From positions 800,001 to 864,000 of the forward strand of contig OZ253665.1 in assembly GCA_965263295.1 (NCBI GenBank): a DNA stretch of 64,000 bases, given 5' to 3'. Shown here in pieces: positions 41,003-50,429 of this stretch. The DNA comes from Spirochaetia bacterium (GTDB lineage Bacteria; Spirochaetota; Spirochaetia; SP-2023). Position 1 is the first letter of the stretch, and every line of letters starts with the position of its first letter. Position numbers and translations under genes: made by a program. Under the pieces are notes generated by a model, which was given only the letters and a program-made list of their open reading frames with translations, made no database searches and was not told the DNA's origin.

Positions 41003-42489
41003 TGAAAAAAATTCTCGAACTCAGGGGCATCACAAAACAATTTCCCGCTGTCCAGGCTTTGCAAAATGTAAATATAAATGTATATGAAGGTAAAGTTATG
41101 GGTTTACTCGGCGAGAATGGCGCGGGTAAATCGACGCTGATGAAAGTCCTAACTGGTGTGCACCAACCTAATCGGGGACAAATTTTTTGGGAGGGGGCAG
41201 AAGTTTCTCTGTCTGGTATTTGGGATGCCAAGAAGCTGGGAATATCTATTATACACCAGGAATTGTCTTTGTTGCCAACACTTAGTATTGCTGAAAATAT
41301 CTTTTTAGACAAGCTTCCTGTCAACCGATTGGGCAAAATATGCTGGCGGAAGGTCAATTTGTGGGCAAAGTCACTACTAGAGAAAGTATGCGTGCAAAGA
41401 AATCCATGGGAAATGGTAAAAGAATTAAGTATTAGTGAGCAGCAGTTAGTTGAAATAGCCAAGGCTTTGGCTAAAGATTCTCGCGTTGTCATAATGGATG
41501 AGCCGACAGACTCTTTGACAGATAAGGAAGTTGAAAATCTTTTTGCTATCATACGCAATCTTAAAACTGCGGGAAAGACTATTATCTATATTACACACCG
41601 CTTAAATGAGGTATTTCAAATTTGTGATTATGTTACTATTTTGCGGGATGGCACTTTTGTCTGTGAAGCGCCCTGTGCCGAAATGGATGAAAATAAACTC
41701 ATAAAAGCCATGGTTGGCCGTGAGTTAAATGATCAATTCCCGCGGGTTGAACCGAGCCAAGGTGCCGGAACGATTCTTGAGCTGCAGGATGTTTGCAATG
41801 GCAAACTAGAGCACATTGATTTACAGGTAAAGTCTGGCGAAATTCTGGGGCTATTGGGCTTGATGGGAGCGGGCAGAACGGAGCTGGCAAAAACAATTTA
41901 TGGCTATTATCCGCTAGATTCAGGGCGCATACTGCTGGGGGGCAGGGAGCTGCGCTTACGTTCGCCAGCATCTGGTGTCGCCAACAAAATAGCCTACGTC
42001 TCAGAAGATCGCAAGTCAGATGGTTTAGTTTTACGGCTGGCGATTAAGGACAATATGGTATTGTCCGCGCTCAATAAATTTGAGAATAGATTTAAGAAAA
42101 TCAATATAAAAAAGGAAAGCAAAGCCGTTCAATCTTTTATTGAGGACTTTGGCATCAAGGCGCCTGGAATGCTGTGGCAAGTGGGAATGCTCAGTGGCGG
42201 CAACCAGCAGAAAGTTTCGATTGCAAAAGCTTTGATGGCAGACCCAAAGGTTTTGATACTGGATGAACCGACACGGGGAATAGATGTCGGTGCCAAAAAA
42301 GAGATTTATGATTTGATCAATCGCTTGAAGCTGCAAGGGCTTGCAATAATTCTGATTTCGTCTGAAATGCCGGAAATATTGGGACTTAGCGATAGAATTG
42401 CCGTAATGTGCAACCGGCGAATAACCGGTATTTTTTCTACAAAAGAAACAGAACAGGAGAAATTGTTAAAATATGCAACAGATTTTTAG
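41002..42489 (+). CDS. rbsA: Ribose ABC transporter ATPase
   Basis: GENGAGKSTLMK, MDEPT, MVGR, LSGGNQQKV, DEPTRGIDVGAK. Confidence 0.92.
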   Translation: MKKILELRGITKQFPAVQALQNVNINVYEGKVMGLLGENGAGKSTLMKVLTGVHQPNRGQIFWEGAEVSLSGIWDAKKLGISIIHQELSLLPTLSIAENIFLDKLPVNRLGKICWRKVNLWAKSLLEKVCVQRNPWEMVKELSISEQQLVEIAKALAKDSRVVIMDEPTDSLTDKEVENLFAIIRNLKTAGKTIIYITHRLNEVFQICDYVTILRDGTFVCEAPCAEMDENKLIKAMVGRELNDQFPRVEPSQGAGTILELQDVCNGKLEHIDLQVKSGEILGLLGLMGAGRTELAKTIYGYYPLDSGRILLGGRELRLRSPASGVANKIAYVSEDRKSDGLVLRLAIKDNMVLSALNKFENRFKKINIKKESKAVQSFIEDFGIKAPGMLWQVGMLSGGNQQKVSIAKALMADPKVLILDEPTRGIDVGAKKEIYDLINRLKLQGLAIILISSEMPEILGLSDRIAVMCNRRITGIFSTKETEQEKLLKYATDF

Positions 42490-43465
42490 GTCATTAGCAA
42501 ATAAGATTGAGGGGGAGAGAGTCTTTGAATTAAAACTAAAAAGATTTCTCGTCAAGCAAAGAGCCTTAATCGGCCTTGTATTATTTATGCTGGTAGTTTA
42601 TTGTCTGAGTCCCAGTTTTCTGACGCCGGGCAATATTTTCAACGTTTTACGGCAGATATCGGTCAATTTTGTCCTCGCGATGGGCATGACATTTGTCATT
42701 TTGGCTGGTGGAATTGACCTGGCTGTGGGTTCATTGCTGGCATTTCTGGGTGCTGTCTTTGCCCATTTTATCGTTTCCGGCTCAAGCCTGGGAATGGCCG
42801 TTGTGCTGGTATTGCTCCTGGGTGCCGCGTTTGGTGTTGTCTGCGGGGCTTTGATTAGCCATTACCACTTGCAGCCATTTATTGTGACTTTAATTGGCAT
42901 GACTCTATTTAGAGGCTTGACTCTGATTTTTACAGATGGCAAACCCATTACCATTGACAGTGACAATATGAACCTCGACTTTTTGGGTGGCGGCTCGATC
43001 TTGGGTGTACCCACCCTTGTCTATATTATGGCCATTGTATTTGCAGTTTCATATTATACATTGCACCACATGAGAATCGGACGTTATGTATATGCTTTGG
43101 GCGGCAACGAAGATGCAACGCATTTGTCCGGTATAAATGTGGCTAGAGTCAAGATGTTTGTTTACGGAGTTAGCGGTCTATGCTCTGCACTCGGCGCTGT
43201 TATTTTGGTTTCCCGCCTATTTTCGGCGCAGCCAACGGCAGGTACAGGATATGAATTGGATGCCATCGCCGCAGTAGTCCTGGGAGGAACTAGCCTTTCG
43301 GGAGGTTCAGGGAAGATTGTCGGCACATTGCTAGGGGTTTTGATTTTGGGTTTGCTGGGGAATGCACTCAATATTTTAAATGTGAGCTCTTATTATCAGA
43401 TGGTGATTAAGGCGGCTGTGATTTTGATTGCAATTCTGTCTGATCGAATCGATAAAAAGAAATAA
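42473..43465 (+). CDS. rbsC: Ribose ABC transporter permease
   Basis: GMTFVILAGGIDL, GRYVYALGGNE.A..LSGI, YELDAIAAVVLGGTSL. Confidence 0.92.
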   Translation: MQQIFRSLANKIEGERVFELKLKRFLVKQRALIGLVLFMLVVYCLSPSFLTPGNIFNVLRQISVNFVLAMGMTFVILAGGIDLAVGSLLAFLGAVFAHFIVSGSSLGMAVVLVLLLGAAFGVVCGALISHYHLQPFIVTLIGMTLFRGLTLIFTDGKPITIDSDNMNLDFLGGGSILGVPTLVYIMAIVFAVSYYTLHHMRIGRYVYALGGNEDATHLSGINVARVKMFVYGVSGLCSALGAVILVSRLFSAQPTAGTGYELDAIAAVVLGGTSLSGGSGKIVGTLLGVLILGLLGNALNILNVSSYYQMVIKAAVILIAILSDRIDKKK

Positions 43466-43548
43466 ACTGAAAAGGAGGAAATAAATTGAGGATTTTCTGA
43501 CGACCCCAGATATATAATTTCGTGAATATTTTTTAAGAGGAGATAAAT

Positions 43549-44454
43549 ATGAAAAAAACAAAATTCACAATTGTTGCAGCCCTTTTTTTGCTGATAGCTG
43601 CATCGCAAAATATTTTTGCCCGCGGCAGCTCTACTGGAGGCCAAATTGTCGGTCTGGTTATTTCTACTTTGGATAACCCCTTTTTTGTATCTTTAAAAGA
43701 GGGCGCCGAGGCAGAGGCCAAGAAGCTTGGTTTGAACTTGGTCGTTTTGGATTCTCAAAACGATCCGGCCAAAGAATTGAGTAATGTGGAAGACTTACTT
43801 AGTCGACAGGTGGGTGTCTTGCTCTTGAACCCCGCGGATTCCGACGCTGCCGGGCGCGCGGTAAAACGGGCCAATGACAACAATATTCCCGTCATCACGC
43901 TGGATCGCAGCGCTACTTCTGGCAACGTTGTCAGCCATATTGCTTCGGATAATGTCGCGGGTGGCCAAATGGCGGGCGAATTCATGCTGGAGCAGCTAGG
44001 CAAAGGAGCCAAAGTTGTCGAACTGGAAGGGATTCCGGGTACCACTGCGGCTCGCGATCGCGGTGAGGGTTTTCATGCGGCTGTGGATGATGATTTGCTC
44101 GTTGTCGCCCGGCAAGCGGCGGACTTTGACCGCACAAAGGGGTTAAATGTAATGGAGGACATTCTGCAGGCGCAAGAAGAAATAGACGGTGTCTTCGCCC
44201 ACAATGATGAAATGGCGTTGGGAGCCCTGAGGGCAATTGAAGCCCAATCGAAAGTCAGCGGGGGAATCCTGATTGTCGGCTTTGATGCCACGGATGATGC
44301 TGTCGCTGCCGTCAAAGCTGGCAAGATGGCGGCAAGCGTTGCCCAGCAGCCGCAGCTGATCGGCTCCATAGGCATTGATACGGCCTCCAGAATACTAAAG
44401 GGTGAGCCGGTCGAGAAGTTTGTCCCTGTGGATTTGAGTTTGATTACCCAATAA
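43549..44454 (+). CDS. rbsB: Ribose ABC transporter binding protein
   Basis: [49 protein letters not shown]. Confidence 0.92.
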   Translation: MKKTKFTIVAALFLLIAASQNIFARGSSTGGQIVGLVISTLDNPFFVSLKEGAEAEAKKLGLNLVVLDSQNDPAKELSNVEDLLSRQVGVLLLNPADSDAAGRAVKRANDNNIPVITLDRSATSGNVVSHIASDNVAGGQMAGEFMLEQLGKGAKVVELEGIPGTTAARDRGEGFHAAVDDDLLVVARQAADFDRTKGLNVMEDILQAQEEIDGVFAHNDEMALGALRAIEAQSKVSGGILIVGFDATDDAVAAVKAGKMAASVAQQPQLIGSIGIDTASRILKGEPVEKFVPVDLSLITQ

Positions 44455-44489
44455 GAATTTTTCTGAAGAATTTTTCTGTATATATGTAT

Positions 44490-44525
44490 TAAAATGAAGT
44501 GAATAAATTTATTCACTTCATTTTA
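44490..44525. repeat. Perfect 36-bp palindrome with no spacer
   Basis: TAAAATGAAGTGAATAAA|TTTATTCACTTCATTTTA. Confidence 0.95.
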
Positions 44526-44583
44526 GGGAAAATACCTAAATTATATTCCCAATAACCTGTGAATATTTTGAAAGATATTTTAT

Positions 44584-45501
44584 ATGTTTGTTAATAATTC
44601 TGATTTTCCTAGAGTCTTGTCTTTTGGCTCATTAAACATTGATTATGTCTACGATTTGCCGCACATCGTGCGCCCAGGAGAAACCCTTGCCGCCAGCCAA
44701 GTCACCATTCATGCCGGCGGCAAGGGGCTGAACCAGAGCCTGGCCATGGCTCGGGCGGGCTTGTCGGTGACGCACGCGGGCAGGGTGGGGCCTCAGGGCC
44801 TTTGGTTGCTAGACGTGCTGACGGAGTCGGGGGTCGACTGCCAAGGCATCCCCTGCTGTGAAGATGAACATACTGGACACGCGATGATTCTAGTTGAAGC
44901 TGGCGGGCAGAATAGTATCGTATTGTACGGTGGCGCCAACCAAGGCTGGACGGAAGCGGCTATTGAGGCCTTGTTCGTTGCCGAGAAGCCGGCCGCCCCC
45001 AAGATATGGAGCGCCGTGGTTTGCCAGAACGAAACCAACGGCCTGGACAAGTTACTGGCCTGTGCGCAGCAGCGGCAAGTGCCCGTGATTTTCAATGCCG
45101 CACCTTACAGTCTCGCCTTGCAACGGCTGGACTTGAGTATCTTGCACACTTTACTGGTCAACGAAACCGAGGCGATAGAGCTGGCCGGCTGTGATGTCAT
45201 TGACGAGGCTTGCGCCCAGCTTAAATGCCGTTACCCCCAATTGCGTCTGGTTGTGACCCTGGGTGGCGACGGCCTGTGGGCCAGCTATCAGGGTCAGGAT
45301 TACCACTTGGCGGCCTTGCCGGCAGACTTGGTCGACAGCACGGCCGCGGGCGACACTTTCACCGGTTACTACGTGGCCTCTATTCTGCGGCAGCAGCCAG
45401 GCGACTTTCTGGCGGCTCTGCACTTAGGCCGTCAAGCGGCGGCGCTTGCCGTGAGCCGTGCCGGCGCGGCGCCTTCCATACCTTATTTGTCAGAACTATA
45501 A
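44584..45501 (+). CDS. rbsK: Ribokinase (PfkB family)
   Basis: GSLNID, GGKGLNQ, NETE, DSTAAGDTF. Confidence 0.9.
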   Translation: MFVNNSDFPRVLSFGSLNIDYVYDLPHIVRPGETLAASQVTIHAGGKGLNQSLAMARAGLSVTHAGRVGPQGLWLLDVLTESGVDCQGIPCCEDEHTGHAMILVEAGGQNSIVLYGGANQGWTEAAIEALFVAEKPAAPKIWSAVVCQNETNGLDKLLACAQQRQVPVIFNAAPYSLALQRLDLSILHTLLVNETEAIELAGCDVIDEACAQLKCRYPQLRLVVTLGGDGLWASYQGQDYHLAALPADLVDSTAAGDTFTGYYVASILRQQPGDFLAALHLGRQAAALAVSRAGAAPSIPYLSEL

Positions 45502-45569
45502 TATCTATCTGTTTTTTACCGGAGCTGCTCCCGCAATATATTTTAAAAATATTTTTAAGGAATTTCACA

Positions 45570-47894
45570 ATGCATTTAAAATACTCTTTATTTTTTTTAC
45601 TTCTAATTTCCACTCACGATGTCGCTTGGGCGAGCGTGGGCCAAGCTGCGGCGGATCTCGTCGAAATTCCCGATATTCATTTCAGGCAATGGTTACAGAA
45701 TCAGATTCCAGAAGCTTTCCCAGGCCAGGGCGACAAGATGGATATCCATTCCGCAGCCGTGACCGGCAGGCGAGCGATACTTGTGGCAGAACAAGGCATA
45801 CAATCGCTGCAAGGGCTAGAATATTTCACGAATTTAAACATATTGGATTGTCGTTATAACGAACTCACCCGGCTCAATGTCACGCGTAATATCAACTTGC
45901 AAAAATTGTTTTGTGGCCATAATTATCTCAGGCAGCTGGAAGTGAGCCAAAATAGGGCCCTGCAAGTTCTCTCTTGCGATGGCAATCGCCTCACGGAACT
46001 GGATATCACGCATAATGCTGAGCTAAAATCATTACATTGCCAGACTAACCGGCTTATAGAGCTGGATTTCCGCCACAATTCCAAGCTGCAAAAATTGTCC
46101 TGTGGCGACAATGACCTTAGGCAACTGAATGTGAGCCACAATAATGATCTGCTATATCTCCGCTGCAATGCCAGTGGGCTAACGCAGCTGGATATCACGC
46201 ATAATTCCAGGCTGAAATCGTTAGATTGCCGTAATAATCAACTGGAAGAGCTGGACCTCAGCCACAACGCGGCCCTGGAATATTTGTCTTGCAATTACAA
46301 TCAACTTACCGGGCTGGATATCACGCACAATTCCAGGCTGCAAAAATTGTTCTGTGGGAGGCATAATGAAATTATAGAGCTGGATCTAAAAAATAATCGC
46401 GAGCTAAGAACATTAAATTGCGAGGGCAACCAACTTGAAGAGCTGGACCTGAGCCACAACGCGGCCCTGGAATATTTGTCCTGCGATGGCAATCGCCTTA
46501 CCCAGCTGGACCTCACGCACAACCCCAAACTGGAGTACTTGTCTTGCAATGCTGCTGCAGCTTTGAGTTTTGAGTACCTGCTTTGCTGCAACAATCGCCT
46601 TACCGAACTGGACCTCACGCACAACCCCAAACTGGAGTACTTGTCTTGCGAACACAATAAACTTACCGGGCTAGATGTCACAAATAATCGCGAGCTAAAA
46701 ACATTAAATTGCGAGGACAACCAAATTGCCGAGCTCAATGTTACCAATAATTCCAGGCTGCAAAAATTGTTCTGTGGCGGCAATAATTTTAAGCAACTGG
46801 ACGTGGGCCAAAACCACGCTCTGGAACTGTTATCTTGCGGTCGCAATTTATTTGAAGAGCTGGATCTGAGCCAGAATGGGGCTTTGGTAAATTTATCCTG
46901 CAGTTATAGTATGCTTGCCGGGCTCGATCTCACACACAATTCCAGGCTGCAAAAATTGTTTTGTGGCTACAATGATTTCAGGCAACTGGACCTGGGCCAA
47001 AATCATGCTTTGGAACTGCTATCTTGCGATGACAATTTACTTGAAGGACTGGACCTGAGCCAAAATCATAATTTAATATCTTTGCGTTGCGGCCATAATC
47101 AGCTCACCGAGCTTGATCTGGCAAATAATGGCGCGCTGGAGACATTAAATTGTGATGACAATCGACTTACACAACTGGATGTCCAGCATAACTCCAAACT
47201 GAGTCGCTTGTCTTGCGCTAATAATCAGCTCACCGGACTGGACGTGAGCCAAAACCATGATCTGGAAGATCTATATTGTAATGACAATCGACTTACACAA
47301 CTGGATATCATGAATAATGCCAAACTCGACGTTTTGTATTGCAGCGATAACCGGCTGACCGAGCTGGATATCACGCATAATGCCAAACTCGGCTATTTGT
47401 CTTGCGCTAATAATCAGCTGACCGAGCTGGATATCACACATCATTCCCAATTGTATAGCTTGTCTTGCGATGGTAACCAAGTTACACAACTGGATGCCCA
47501 GCATAACTCCAAACTGAGTCGCTTGTCTTGCGCTAATAATCAGCTCACCGGACTGGACGTGAGCCAAAACTATGATCTGGAAGATCTATCTTGCGATGAC
47601 AATCGACTTGCCGAGCTGGATTTGAGAAATAATTGGAGGCTGATGCGCCTATCCTGCGAGAATAATCAGCTCACCGGGCTGAATGTAAACCGAAATCATA
47701 GATTAAGATCTTTGCGTTGCGGTCATAATCAACTCACCGAGCTGAATCTGAGCCAAAACGATGACCTGGGATATTTGTCTTGCGCTAATAATCTGTTTGC
47801 AGAGCTCGACGTGAGACGGAATCCTGACCTTAGTAAAAGAGATATCGAGGCAGACAAAGATCTTAAAATAATAACCTGTCCAGAGGGGGACTAA
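45570..47894 (+). CDS. Secreted leucine-rich repeat protein with 31 Cys-containing 21-aa LRRs (InlJ-like repeat type)
   Basis: Signal peptide from ATG 45570; IPD..F and GI.SL.GLEYFT N-cap; LxxLxCxxNxLxxLDxxxNxx repeats counted by hand. Confidence 0.9.
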   Translation: MHLKYSLFFLLLISTHDVAWASVGQAAADLVEIPDIHFRQWLQNQIPEAFPGQGDKMDIHSAAVTGRRAILVAEQGIQSLQGLEYFTNLNILDCRYNELTRLNVTRNINLQKLFCGHNYLRQLEVSQNRALQVLSCDGNRLTELDITHNAELKSLHCQTNRLIELDFRHNSKLQKLSCGDNDLRQLNVSHNNDLLYLRCNASGLTQLDITHNSRLKSLDCRNNQLEELDLSHNAALEYLSCNYNQLTGLDITHNSRLQKLFCGRHNEIIELDLKNNRELRTLNCEGNQLEELDLSHNAALEYLSCDGNRLTQLDLTHNPKLEYLSCNAAAALSFEYLLCCNNRLTELDLTHNPKLEYLSCEHNKLTGLDVTNNRELKTLNCEDNQIAELNVTNNSRLQKLFCGGNNFKQLDVGQNHALELLSCGRNLFEELDLSQNGALVNLSCSYSMLAGLDLTHNSRLQKLFCGYNDFRQLDLGQNHALELLSCDDNLLEGLDLSQNHNLISLRCGHNQLTELDLANNGALETLNCDDNRLTQLDVQHNSKLSRLSCANNQLTGLDVSQNHDLEDLYCNDNRLTQLDIMNNAKLDVLYCSDNRLTELDITHNAKLGYLSCANNQLTELDITHHSQLYSLSCDGNQVTQLDAQHNSKLSRLSCANNQLTGLDVSQNYDLEDLSCDDNRLAELDLRNNWRLMRLSCENNQLTGLNVNRNHRLRSLRCGHNQLTELNLSQNDDLGYLSCANNLFAELDVRRNPDLSKRDIEADKDLKIITCPEGD

Positions 47895-47959
47895 TTGTGC
47901 GGTTAATCCCCCCAAAAAACTTCCCTGAGCTTCCCCCATATCCGCCCATATCCCCCGCT

Positions 47960-48360
47960 CTAGGCCAGTGTGAATACGCGGTAGTCCACCACGCTCAGCA
48001 ATTTCACTGTCGGATCGGGGTTGGTGACCACATTTCCCTCCTCGTCGCCGAGGACAAAATGATGGCCCCCCCCACTCGTCTTGTAGCAGATAATAACGAA
48101 GTCCGGCCCGGCATGCTGGGATTTTTTCACTCTGCGAATGCGCTGGTGGCAAGAAGCTCTGGCTAGAATCAGGTTGAAGAGCTCCACCGGTTCCGCCACC
48201 CAGAAGTTACCCTCAATCCAGTGCTTGTTTTTCCCTTCCGCACAGATGTACTCGACATCAGCTTTGCTTAGGCTGCCTCCATTTTTTTCTGCATAACTGC
48301 ACTCGCAGGCGACATAGCAGCCCCAGCGGGCAAAGCCCGGAATATCTTTGCAGCGTTCAT
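47960..48360 (-). pseudogene. Frameshifted DUF261-like (putative Cys/His hydrolase) gene
   Basis: Long frame KDIPGFARWGCYVAC...GNFWVAEP...HHFVLGDEEGNVVTNPDP is one base out of frame with the ATG at 48360 that follows AAGGAG. Confidence 0.5.
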
Positions 48361-48592
48361 CCGCTCCTTATTTTTATTGCATTAGATATCAGCTATTACA
48401 TATAGTTGATTCATTTATAAAAATAAGATATGGAATTATTACTGTCATTCTGCACAAAAATAAAAAATTTGCATGAAATATCCTGCGCACTGGAACTGGC
48501 GCCGCAAGACGGCTATACTCTGATCGCCGAGCCTCCAATCTCTATCTTTTGCATGGAGCTGCTTTCGCGCGGTATTGTTAAGGAATTTCACA

Positions 48593-49765
48593 ATGAATCC
48601 CGCAACAAATTTCAAAACAAAAAACCTTCCTTTACTGTTTATTGTTTTAATTTTAATTTCCGCTTACGAGGCCGCTGCAGCCAGCACGGGTCAATCCACA
48701 GTTAATCTCGTGGAAATTCCCGATGTTCATTTCAGGCAATGGCTACAGAATCAGATTCCAGGAGCTTTCCCGGGCCAGGGCGACAAGATGGATGCCCAGT
48801 CAGCAGCCGTGATCGGCATGAGAGCCATATTTGTCGAGAAACAACAAGGCATACAATCGCTGCAAGGCCTGGAATATTTCACCGGGTTGCAAGAACTGGC
48901 CTGTTACCATAATGACCTTAGGCAACTCGACCTGAGCCACAATACGGCTCTGGAATATTTAGATTGCCGTGGCAATCGCCTTTCCCAGCTGGATTTGACG
49001 CATAACTCCAAACTGTATAAATTGTCTTGCGACAAGAATCGGCTCACAAAGCTGGACCTGAGCACAAACCATCATCTGGAATCTATCTCTTGCGCTAATA
49101 ATCAAATTACAGAGCTGGATCTGAGCCAAAATGATGTGCTGGAAGATTTGTCTTGCAACCATAACCAGCTTGCGGGGCTTGATGTCACGCATAATGCCAC
49201 ACTGATGCGCTTATCTTGCGACCACAATCAACTTGCCGGGCTGGACCTCACGCATAATGCCACACTGATAGACTTGTCTTGCAGCCACAATCAACTTGCC
49301 GGCCTGGATCTGACGCATAATTTCAAACTGGACGAATTGTCTTGTGACTATAATCAGCTTACAGAACTAGATCTGACGCACAACTCTAAACTGTATAAAT
49401 TGTCCTGCGATCATAATCAATTTGCCGGGCTGGATCTGACAAATAACTTCAAACTGCATGAATTGTCTTGCAGCCACAATCAACTTGCCGGCCTGGATCT
49501 GACGCATAATTTCAAACTGGACGAATTGTCTTGTGACTATAATCAGCTTACAGAACTGGATCTGACGCACAACTCTAAACTGTATAAATTGTCCTGCGAC
49601 CACAATCAACTTGCCGAGCTGGATCTGACAAATAACTTCAAACTGCATGAATTGTTTTGCGCGAATAATCTGCTTACAGAGCTCGACGTGAGCCGGAATC
49701 CTCACCTTAGGAAGAGAGATATCAAAGCCGGTAAAGATGTTAAAATAATCGCCTATGTACGGTGA
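48593..49765 (+). CDS. Secreted leucine-rich repeat protein with 13 Cys-containing 21-aa LRRs, paralog of 45570-47894
   Basis: Same N-cap, C-cap (KRDI.A.KD.KII) and upstream TTAAGGAATTTCACAATG. Confidence 0.9.
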   Translation: MNPATNFKTKNLPLLFIVLILISAYEAAAASTGQSTVNLVEIPDVHFRQWLQNQIPGAFPGQGDKMDAQSAAVIGMRAIFVEKQQGIQSLQGLEYFTGLQELACYHNDLRQLDLSHNTALEYLDCRGNRLSQLDLTHNSKLYKLSCDKNRLTKLDLSTNHHLESISCANNQITELDLSQNDVLEDLSCNHNQLAGLDVTHNATLMRLSCDHNQLAGLDLTHNATLIDLSCSHNQLAGLDLTHNFKLDELSCDYNQLTELDLTHNSKLYKLSCDHNQFAGLDLTNNFKLHELSCSHNQLAGLDLTHNFKLDELSCDYNQLTELDLTHNSKLYKLSCDHNQLAELDLTNNFKLHELFCANNLLTELDVSRNPHLRKRDIKAGKDVKIIAYVR

Positions 49766-49892
49766 CGGGGCTAACAGATGGAAAGAATTATCCCAATCGC
49801 CCAATTGATTTATCCGGGCTGATTGCCCGATTAATTAACCAATGCATTTGCCTGTGGCAATTAGACAGTGGCATTGTGCTAAAGTTTGGGCC

Positions 49893-50390
49893 TTATTGCC
49901 GGGCCAGTTCCTGTAATTTACCATGTGCCAGGTGGCTGCCGTCGTACAGCGTGACGCGTTGGCCGGCTTTCACGCCGTGCCTTTCAAACCAGCCTTGATT
50001 CATTTCCAGGGCGAAACGCATTGGCCACTGCGATGACACCGTACTTTCGTCCAGAGCTTGCATGTCGTGAATTTCTTGGATCACGCCATCTTTATCCAAA
50101 TAAGCAATACTTAGGGGTATCAAGGTATTCTTCATGTAAAAGCCCAGTAATTGATCGCGCTCAAAGCTAAATAGCATGCCGTGCATTTCCGCCATGGACT
50201 GACGAAACATCAGTCCCTTGGCTCGCTGCTCTTGTTTTAGCGCCAATTCGGCTTCCACTACCTGGGTACCCACTCTAAGTTTGATGCTCGGCAGGTTCTG
50301 GCCGTGACTCGGTTGGCAAGCCGCCCAAAACAGCAACGCCGTCAGTACGCTTAGGTTTCTAAAAGAAATTGTAAATATTTTACATGACAT
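49893..50390 (-). CDS. DUF192 family lipoprotein
   Basis: Lipobox AAC; RAKGLMFR, GMLF, MKNTLIPLSIAY, ALEMNQGWF. Confidence 0.9.
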   Translation of the reverse strand: MSCKIFTISFRNLSVLTALLFWAACQPSHGQNLPSIKLRVGTQVVEAELALKQEQRAKGLMFRQSMAEMHGMLFSFERDQLLGFYMKNTLIPLSIAYLDKDGVIQEIHDMQALDESTVSSQWPMRFALEMNQGWFERHGVKAGQRVTLYDGSHLAHGKLQELARQ

Positions 50391-50429
50391 TTAAGAATTC
50401 CTTTGAGTTTTGAGACTGCGACCGTTGGC

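Noticed and set aside
45225..45569. N-terminal 115-aa extension of the first LRR ORF
   Set aside because: Overlaps rbsK in another frame; the paralog and the signal peptide place the start at 45570
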